The notes under the pieces were generated by a model that searched no databases, was not told the origin of the DNA, and was given only the letters and a program-made list of their open reading frames with translations. From NCBI RefSeq assembly GCF_009914755.1, contig NC_060948.1: a stretch of DNA of 64,000 nucleotides. One strand, given 5' to 3'. Positions 55,105 through 64,000 of the stretch are shown here, piece by piece. Each line of letters begins with the position of its first letter. The first letter of the stretch is position 1. Made by a program: the position numbers and the translations under genes. Source of the stretch: the human T2T-CHM13v2.0 reference genome, Homo sapiens.

Positions 55105-58100
55105 CCTGGAATAAAGTGGAATGCTACGGTCTCGAATGGAATAAAAATGTATGGAATGGAATGCAATGAAACGGAATCGAATGTCATAGAATGTAATGGA
55201 ATGCAAAAAAATGGAATCCAAAATCATTGACTGGAAAGGCTGGGTGTCGAAAGGAATTGACTCCAATGGAATGGAATCGAATGGAATGGAAGTGAATAGA
55301 ATCGAACTAAATCGAATGGAATGGAATTGATAGGAACGGAATGGAAAGGAATGCAATGATTTGGCATGGAATGGAATCGAATGGCATCGAATGGAATGGA
55401 ATGGAATGCAATGGAATGGAATGTATTAGAATGTAATGAACTTTAATGGAATGTACTCGAATGGATTCGACTGGAATGGAATGTTCTGGAAGTGAATGGA
55501 CTCCAATGGAATGGATTCAAAAGGAATGGAATCGTACGGAATGGAATCTAATGGAATGGAATTAAATGGAAATGAATCAAATTGAATAGCACGGAATTGA
55601 ATTGAATGGAATGGAATGCAATGGAATCTAATGAAACGGAAAGGAAAGGAATGGAATGGAATGGAATGGGCTGGAATGGAAAGGAATCGAAACGAATGGA
55701 ATGGAATCGAACTGAAGAGACTGGAATGGAATGCACTGGAATGGAAGGGAGTGTAATGGAAGGTTCTCGAAAAAAATGGAATCGAATGGAATGGAATTGA
55801 ATGGAACGGAATAGAGTCGAATGGAATTGAATGGAATGGAATGGACTAGAGTGAAATGGAATCGAACCACAAGGAATGGACAGGAATAGAATGGTCTCGA
55901 ATTGAATGGAATCGTATGGAATGGAATCAAACGGAATGGAATGGACAGCCACGGAATGGAATGCACTCGAATGCAATGGAGTTGAAACTAATGGACTGGA
56001 ATAGAATGGACTCGACTGGTACGGACTCCAATGGAATGGAATCGAATGGAAGGGAATCGAACGGAAGGGAATCGAACGGAATGGACTCGAAGGGAAAAGA
56101 CTGCAATGGAAAGGTCTCGAATGGAATGGAAATTAATGGAATGGAATGGAATCGAATGAAATGGAGTCAAAAGGAATGGAATCGAATGGCAAGAAATCGA
56201 ATGTAATGGAATCGCCAGGAATTGATGTGAACGGAACGGAATGGAATGGAATCCAAAGGAATGGAATAGAATGGAATGGAATCGAATGGAAAGGACTCGA
56301 ATGGAAATCACTCGAATAGAATGCAATTTAATAAAATAGGATCAAATGTAATGGAATGGAATGGAAAGGAATCGAAACGAAAGGAATGGAGACAGATGGA
56401 ATGGAATGGAACAGAGAGCAATGGTATAGAATGGAATGGAATCATCTGGAATGGAATTGAATGGAATGGAATAATATGAAATGGAATGGAATGGAATGGA
56501 ATGGAATGCCCTTGAATTAAATGGACTGGAATGGAATGGACTCAAACAGAGTGGAATGGAAAGTGTGGAGATAGAATGGAATGAACTCCTTTGGAATGGT
56601 GTAGTATGCAATGCAATCGACTGGCAGGGAATCAAAAGGAATGTAATCGAATGGATTGGACTGGAATGCAATGGACTCGAATAGATTGGAAACGGAATGC
56701 AAAGGAATGGAATGGAATAGTATGGAATGCAATGGAAGGGAATGGAGTGGAATAGACTAGAGTGGAATGGAATGGACTGGAAAGCAATGGACTGGAATGG
56801 AACTTTCTTGGATGGACTGGAATCAAACGGAATGGAATGCAATGCAATCAAATGGCATGGAATAAAATAGAATGAAAGAGAATCAAATGGAATTGAATCG
56901 AATGGAATCAAATGGATTGGAAAGGAATAGAATGGAATGGAATGGAATTGACTCAAATGGAATGGACTAGAATGGAATGGATTCGAATGGAAGGCAAAGG
57001 AATGGAATCTATTGGAATGGACTGTAATGGAATGGAATGGAAGGGATTGGAATGGACTCGAATGGAATGGACTGCAATAGAAAGGATTCGAATGGAATGA
57101 AAAAGAATTGAATGGAATAGAACAGAATGGAATCAAATCGAATGAAATGGAATGGAATAGAAAGGAATGGAATGAAATGGAATGGAAAGGATTCGAATGG
57201 AATGCAATCGAATGGAATGGAATCGAACGGAATGGAATAAAATGGAAGAAAACTGGCAAGAAATGGAATCGAAATGAATGGAGTGTTATGGAACGGACTC
57301 AAAAGGAATTGAATGTAACAGAATGGAGTGGAGTGGAATCGAATATAATGGACTGGAATGGAATGAAATCACATGGAATGGGAACGAATGGAATGGAATG
57401 GAAAGGAATGGAATCGAATGGAAAGGAATCGAATGGAAGGGAATGAAATTGAATCAACACGAATGGAAGGGAATAGAATAGACTGTAATGGAATGGACTC
57501 GAATAGAATGGACACGAATGCTCAAATTAAATGGACTCGAATGGAATGGAAACGAAAGGAATGTCATCGAATGGAATTGAATCGATTGGAATGACATCGC
57601 ATAGAATGGAGTGGAATCAAATGGAATTGAATCCAAAGGAAAGGAAGCGAATGGACTGAAATGAAATGGAATGGAATTGAATGGAAAGTAATGCAATGGA
57701 ATAGAATGGAACGAAATTTCACGGAATGGAATCAAACTGAATGGAATCAAATCAATGGAATCAAATCAAATGGAATGGAAAGGAATTGAATGGAGTAGAT
57801 GGGATTGGATGGGATTGGAATGAAATGTACTGGAAAGGACTCGAATTTCATGAAACGGAATGGAATGAATTGGAACGGAATGGACTCGAATGGAATGGAA
57901 TGTCATGGGATGGCATCAAATGGAATGGCATCAAATGGAATGGAATCGAATGCAATGGAATGCTATGGAAAGGAATGGAATGCATTGGAATGGAATGTCC
58001 TCTAATGGAATGGATTCGAGTGGAATGGAATTGAATATAATGGAGTCGAATGAAATGGAATTGAAAGGAATGGGATCGAATACAATGGAATATACTGGAA

Positions 58101-58693
58101 TGTAACGTAATGAACTCGAATGTAATTGACTGGAATGGAATGTACATGAATGGAATGTAATCGAATGGAAAGTAATCCAATGGAATAGAATCTAATGCAA
58201 TAAAATCGACTCAGATAGAGTAGAATGTAATGGAATGGAGTGCAGTGCAATGGAATGGAATGGAATGGAATGCAATGGAATGGAATGGAATGGAATGGAA
58301 TGGAATGGAATGGAATGGAATGGAATGGGATGGAATGGTATGGAATGGATAGTAATGGACTGGAGTGAAATGGACTGGAAAGGAATGGACTCAAATTGAA
58401 AGGGCTCGAAAGGAATGGAGTCCAATGGAATGGTCTGGAATGGAATGAACACGAATGTAATGCAACCCAATAGAATGGAATCGAATGACATGGAATATAA
58501 AGAAATGGAATCGAAGAGAATGGAAACAAATGGAATGGAATTGAATGGAATGGAATTGAATGGAATGGGAACGAATGGAGTGAAATTGTATGCAGTAGAA
58601 GAGAATAGAATGGAATGCAAGCGAAAGGAAAGGAATGGATTGGAATGGAATGGAATTCATTGGAATGGAAGGGAATGTAGTGTAATGGACAGG
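55105..58693 (+). repeat. DYZ1: DYZ1 unit 16 (3589 bp), subfamily B
   Basis: GGCC 55103 to 58692. Confidence 0.92.
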
Positions 58694-61600
58694 CCTGGAA
58701 TAAAGTGGAATGCTACGGTCTCGAATGGAATAAAAATGTATGGAATGGAATGCAATGAAACGGAATCGAATGTCATAGAATGTAATGGAATGCAAAAAAA
58801 TGGAATCCAAAATCATTGACTGGAAAGGCTGGGTGTCGAAAGGAATTGACTCCAATGGAATGGAATCGAATGGAATGGAAGTGAATAGAATCGAACTAAA
58901 TCGAATGGAATGGAATTGATAGGAACGGAATGGAAAGGAATGCAATGATTTGGCATGGAATGGAATCGAATGGCATCGAATGGAATGGAATGGAATGCAA
59001 TGGAATGGAATGTATTAGAATGTAATGAACTTTAATGGAATGTACTCGAATGGATTCGACTGGAATGGAATGTTCTGGAAGTGAATGGACTCCAATGGAA
59101 TGGATTCAAAAGGAATGGAATCGTACGGAATGGAATCTAATGGAATGGAATTAAATGGAAATGAATCAAATTGAATAGCACGGAATTGAATTGAATGGAA
59201 TGGAATGCAATGGAATCTAATGAAACGGAAAGGAAAGGAATGGAATGGAATGGAATGGGCTGGAATGGAAAGGAATCGAAACGAATGGAATGGAATCGAA
59301 GTGAAGAGACTGGAATGGAATTCACTGGAATGGAAGGGGGTGTAATGGAAGGTTCTCGAAAAAAATGGAATCGAATGGAATGGAATTGAATGGAACGGAA
59401 TAGAGTCGAATGGAATTGAATGGAATGGAATGGACTAGAGTGAAATGGAATCGAACCACAAGGAATGGACAGGAATAGAATGGTCTCGAATTGAATGGAA
59501 TCGTATGGAATGGCATCAAACGGAATGGAATGGACAGCCACGGAATGGAATGCACTCGAATGCAATGGAGTCGAAACTAATGGACTGGAATAGAATGGAC
59601 TCGACTGGTACGGACTCCAATGGAATGGAATCGAATGGAAGGGAATCGAACGGAAGGGAATCGAACGGAATGGACTCGAAGGGAAAAGACTGCAATGGAA
59701 AGGTCTCGAATGGAATGGAAATTAATGGAATGGAATGGAATCGAATGAAATGGAGTCAAAAGGAATGGAATCGAATGGCAAGAAATCGAATGTAATGGAA
59801 TCGCAAGGAATTGATGTGAACGGAACGGAATGGAATGGAATCCAAAGGAATGGAATAGAATGGAATGGAATCGAATGGAAAGGACTCGAATGGAAATCAC
59901 TCGAATAGAATGCAATTTAATAAAATAGGATCAAATGTAATGGAATGGAATGGAAAGGAATCGAAACGAAAGGAATGGAGACAGATGGAATGGAATGGAA
60001 CAGAGAGCAATGGTATAGAATGGAATGGAATCATCTGGAATGGAATTGAATGGAATGGAATAATATGAAATGGAATGGAATGGAATGGAATGGAATGCCC
60101 TTGAATTAAATGGACTGGAATGGAATGGACTCAAACAGAGTGGAATGGAAAGTGTGGAGATAGAATGGAATGAACTCCTTTGGAATGGTGTAGTATGCAA
60201 TGCAATCGACTGGCAGGGAATCAAAAGGAATGTAATCGAATGGATTGGACTGGAATGCAATGGACTCGAATAGATTGGAAACGGAATGCAAAGGAATGGA
60301 ATGGAATAGTATGGAATGCAATGGAAGGGAATGGAGTGGAATAGACTAGAGTGGAATGGAATGGACTGGAAAGCAATGGACTGGAATGGAACTTTCTTGG
60401 ATGGACTGGAATCAAACGGAATGGAATGCAATGCAATCAAATGGCATGGAATAAAATAGAATGAAAGAGAATCAAATGGAATTGAATCGAATGGAATCGA
60501 ATGGATTGGAAAGGAATAGAATGGAATGGAATGGAAATGACTCAAATGGAATGGACTAGAATGGAATGGATTCGAATGGAAGGCAAAGGAATGGAATCTA
60601 TTGGAATGGACTGTAATGGAATGGAATGGAAGGGATTGGAATGGACTCGAATGGAATGGACTGCAATAGAAAGGATTCGAATGGAATGAAAAAGAATTGA
60701 ATGGAATAGAACAGAATGGAATCAAATCGAATGAAATGGAATGGAATTGAAAGGAATGGAATGAAATGGAATGGAAAGGATTCGAATGGAATGCAATCGA
60801 ATGGAATGGAATCGAACGGAATGGAATAAAATGGAAGAAAACTGGCAAGAAATGGAATCGAAATGAATGGAGTGTTATGGAACGGACTCAAAAGGAATTG
60901 AATGTAATAGAATGGAGTGGAGTGGACTCGAATATAATGGACTGGAATGGAATGAAATCACATGGAATGGGAACGAATGGAATGGAATGGAAAGGAATGG
61001 AATCGAATGGAAAGGAATCGAATGGAAGGGAATGAAACTGAATCAACAGGAATGGAAGGGAATAGAATAGACGGTAATGGAATGGACTCGAATAGAATGG
61101 ACACGAATGCTCAAATTGAATGGACTCGAATGGAATGGAAACGAAAGGAATGTCATCGAATGGAATTGAATCGATTGGAATGAAATCGCATAGAATGGAG
61201 TGGAATCAAATGGAATTGAATCGAAAGGAAAGGAAGCGAATGGACTGAAATGAAATGGAATGGAATTGAATGGAAAGTAATGCAATGGAATAGAATGGAA
61301 CGAAATTTCACGGAATGGAATCAAACTGAATGGAATCAAATCAATGGAATCAAATCAAATGGAATGTAAATGAATTGAATGGAGTAGATGGGATTGGATG
61401 GGATTGGAATGAAATGTACTGGAAAGGACTCGAATTCCATGAAACGGAATGGAATGAATTGGAACGGAATGGACTCGAATGGAATGGAATGTCATGGGAT
61501 GGCATCAAATGTAATGGCATCAAATGGAATGGAATCGAATGCAATGGAATGCTATGGAATGGAATGGAATACATTGGAATGGAATGTCCTCTAATGGAAT

Positions 61601-62277
61601 GGATTCGAGTGGAATGGAATTGAATATAATGGAGTCGAATGAAATGGAATTGAAAGGAATGGGATCGAATACAATGGAATATACTGGAATGTAACGTAAT
61701 GAACTCGAATGTAATTGACTGGAATGGAATGTACATGAATGGAATGTAATCGAATGGAAAGTAATCCAATGGAATAGAATCTAATGCAATAAAATCGACT
61801 CAGATAGAGTAGAATGTAATGGAATGGAGTGCAGTGCAATGGAATGGAATGGAATGGAATGCAATGGAATGGAATGGAACGGAATGGAATGGAATGGAAT
61901 GGAATGGAATGGGATGGAATGGTATGGAATGGATAGTAATGGACTGGAGTGAAATGGACTGGAAAGGGATGGACTCAAATTGAAAGGTCTCGAAAGGAAT
62001 GGAGTCAAATGGAGTGGTCTGGAATGGAATGAACACGAATGTAATGCAACCCAATAGAATGGAATCGAATGGCATGGAATATAAAGAAATGGAATCGAAG
62101 AGAATGGAAACAAATGGAATGGAATTGAATGGAATGGAATTGAATGGAATGGGAACGAATGGAGTGAAATTGTATGCAGTAGAAGAGAATAGAATGGAAT
62201 GCAAGCGAAAGGAAAGGAATGGATTGGAATGGAATGGAATTCATTGGAATGGAAGGGAATGTAGTGTAATGGACAGG
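58694..62277 (+). repeat. DYZ1: DYZ1 unit 17 (3584 bp), B/A junction unit
   Basis: GGCC 58692 to 62276; B alleles to ~60400, A alleles from ~61048. Confidence 0.92.
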
Positions 62278-64000
62278 CCTGGAATAAAGTGGAATGCTAC
62301 GGTCTCGAATGGAATAAAAATGTATGGAATGGAATGCAATGAAACGGAATCGAATGTCATAGAATGTAATGGAATGCAAAAAAATGGAATCCAAAATCAT
62401 TGACTGGAAAGGCTGGGTGTCGAAAGGAATTGACTCCAATGGAATGGAATCGAATGGAATGGAAGTGAATAGAATCGAACTAAATCGAATGGAATGGAAT
62501 TGATAGGAACGGAATGGAAAGGAATGCAATGATTTGGCATGGAATGGAATCGAATGGCATCGAATGGAATGGAATGGAATGCAATGGAATGGAATGTATT
62601 AGAATGTAATGAACTTTAATGGAATGTACTCGAATGGATTCGACTGGAATGGAATGTTCTGGAAGTGAATGGACTCCAATGGAATGGATTCAAAAGGAAT
62701 GGAATCGTACGGAATGGAATCTAATGGAATGGAATTAAATGGAAATGAATCAAATTGAATAGCACGGAATTGAATTGAATGGAATCGAATGAAGTGGAAT
62801 CTAATGAAACGGAAAGGAAAGGAATGGAATGGAATGGAATGGGCTGGAATGGAAAGGAATCGAAACGAATGGAATGGAATCGAACTGAAGAGACTGGAAT
62901 GGAATGCACTGGAATGGAAGGGAGTGTAATGGAAGGTTCTCGAAAAAAATGGAATCGAATGGAATGGAATTGAATGGAACGGAATAGAGTCGAATGGAAT
63001 TGAATGGAATGGAATGGACTAGAGTGAAATGGAATCGAACCACAAGGAATGGACAGGAATAGAATGGTCTCGAATTGAATGGAATCGTATGGAATGGCAT
63101 CAAACGGAATGGAATGGACAGCCACGGAATGGAATGCACTCGAATGCAATGGAGTCGAAACTAATGGACTGGAATAGAATGGACTCGACTGGTACGGACT
63201 CCAATGGAATGGAATCGAATGGAAGGGAATCGAACGGAATGGACTCGAAGGGAAAAGACTGCAATGGAAAGGTCTCGAATGGAATGGAAATTAATGGAAT
63301 GGAATGGAATCGAATGAAATGGAGTCAGAAGGAATGGAATCGAATGGCAAGAAATCGAATGTAATGGAACCGCAAGGAATTGATGTGAACGGAACGGAAT
63401 GGAATGGAATCCAAAGGAATGGAATAGAATGGAATGGAATCGAATGGAAAGGACTCGAATGGAAATCACTCGAATAGAATGCAATTTAATAAAATAGGAT
63501 CAAATGTAATGGAATGGAATGGAAAGGAATCGAAACGAAAGGAATGGAGACAGATGGAATGGAATGGAACAGAGAGCAATGGTATAGAATGGAATGGAAT
63601 CATCTGGAATGGAATTGAATGGAATGGAATAATATGAAATGGAATGGAATGGAATGGAATGGAATGCCCTTGAATTAAATGGACTGGACTCGAACAGAGT
63701 GGAATGGAAAGTGTTGAGATAGAATGGAATGGACTCCTTTGGAATGGTGTAGTATGCAATGCAATCGACTGGCAGGGAATCAAAAGGAATGTAATCGAAT
63801 GGATTGGACTGGAATGCAATGGACTCGAATAGATTGGAAACGGAATGCAAAGGAATGGAATGGAATAGTATGGAATGGAATGGAAAGGAATGGAGTGGAA
63901 TAGACTAGAGTGGAATGGAATGGACTGGAAAGCAATGGACTGGAATGGAACATTCTTGAATGGACTGGAATCAAACGGAATGGAATGCAATGCAATCAAA
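62278..64000 (+). repeat. DYZ1: DYZ1 unit, partial (cut by window end), subfamily A
   Basis: Follows the last GGCC; A alleles; private 10-bp deletion at ~63686. Confidence 0.9.

Larger units (their letters stand above)
1..64000 (+). repeat. DYZ1: Human Satellite III array, DYZ1 (HSat3A6)-type, Yq12 heterochromatin; (GGAAT)n-derived ~3.57-kb higher-order repeat
   Basis: Degenerate GGAAT pentamers throughout. Unique landmarks recur every ~3.55-3.59 kb (GGCC at 1534, 5113, 8662 ... 62276; 18 copies). One conserved GGCC and one conserved GAATTC per unit, consistent with the classical ~3.4-3.56-kb male-specific HaeIII/EcoRI fragment. Assignment rests on recalled knowledge, not a database search. 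Confidence 0.96.

Noticed and set aside
29-63637. Many + strand ORFs rich in MEWNG (e.g. the 134-aa ORF at 1257-1661 recurring in each unit)
   Set aside because: (GGAAT)n has no stop codon in any frame and supplies ATG every 5 bp. The ORFs overlap in all frames, are low-complexity and are freely frameshifted between copies.
1-64000. CRISPR-like or prokaryotic repeat system
   Set aside because: There are no unique spacers, no cas genes and no non-repeat sequence; this is a eukaryotic satellite.
1-64000. DYZ2 (HSat1B) blocks, Alu/L1 insertions or inversion junctions expected elsewhere in Yq12
   Set aside because: All inter-GGCC distances are 3549-3589 bp and orientation never flips, so there is no room for an insertion.
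1-64000. HSat2 or chr9 HSat3 assignment
   Set aside because: HSat2-type CATTCGATTC/GATGAT periodicity does not dominate, and the 3.57-kb unit with DYZ1 primer sites fits the Y family.

Overview
The whole 64-kb window is one uninterrupted, single-orientation tandem array of human Satellite III: degenerate GGAAT pentamers on the + strand, organised into a ~3.57-kb higher-order unit. There are 17 complete HaeIII-defined units of 3549-3589 bp (mean ~3573) and two partial ones. Unit length, one conserved HaeIII/StuI site and one conserved EcoRI site per unit, and exact matches to the classical Y1.1/Y1.2 sexing primers (recalled from memory) identify it as DYZ1 (HSat3A6) from Yq12 heterochromatin. 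I found no genes, transposons, DYZ2 blocks or inversions; all listed ORFs are artefacts of the stop-free pentamer (MEWNG/FHSIP). The informative content is internal structure. (i) Each unit has two or three perfect, in-register heat-shock elements (nGAAnnTTCnnGAAn), and one of them is broken in a 12-unit subfamily. (ii) Subfamilies are layered, with a recent 3-unit amplification. (iii) There are apparent gene-conversion tracts. (iv) One (GGAAT)n tract is hypervariable between units. (v) The pentamer register slips at four fixed places per unit. I see no convincing new protein-coding system; the HSE architecture is the best candidate for an under-described functional feature.
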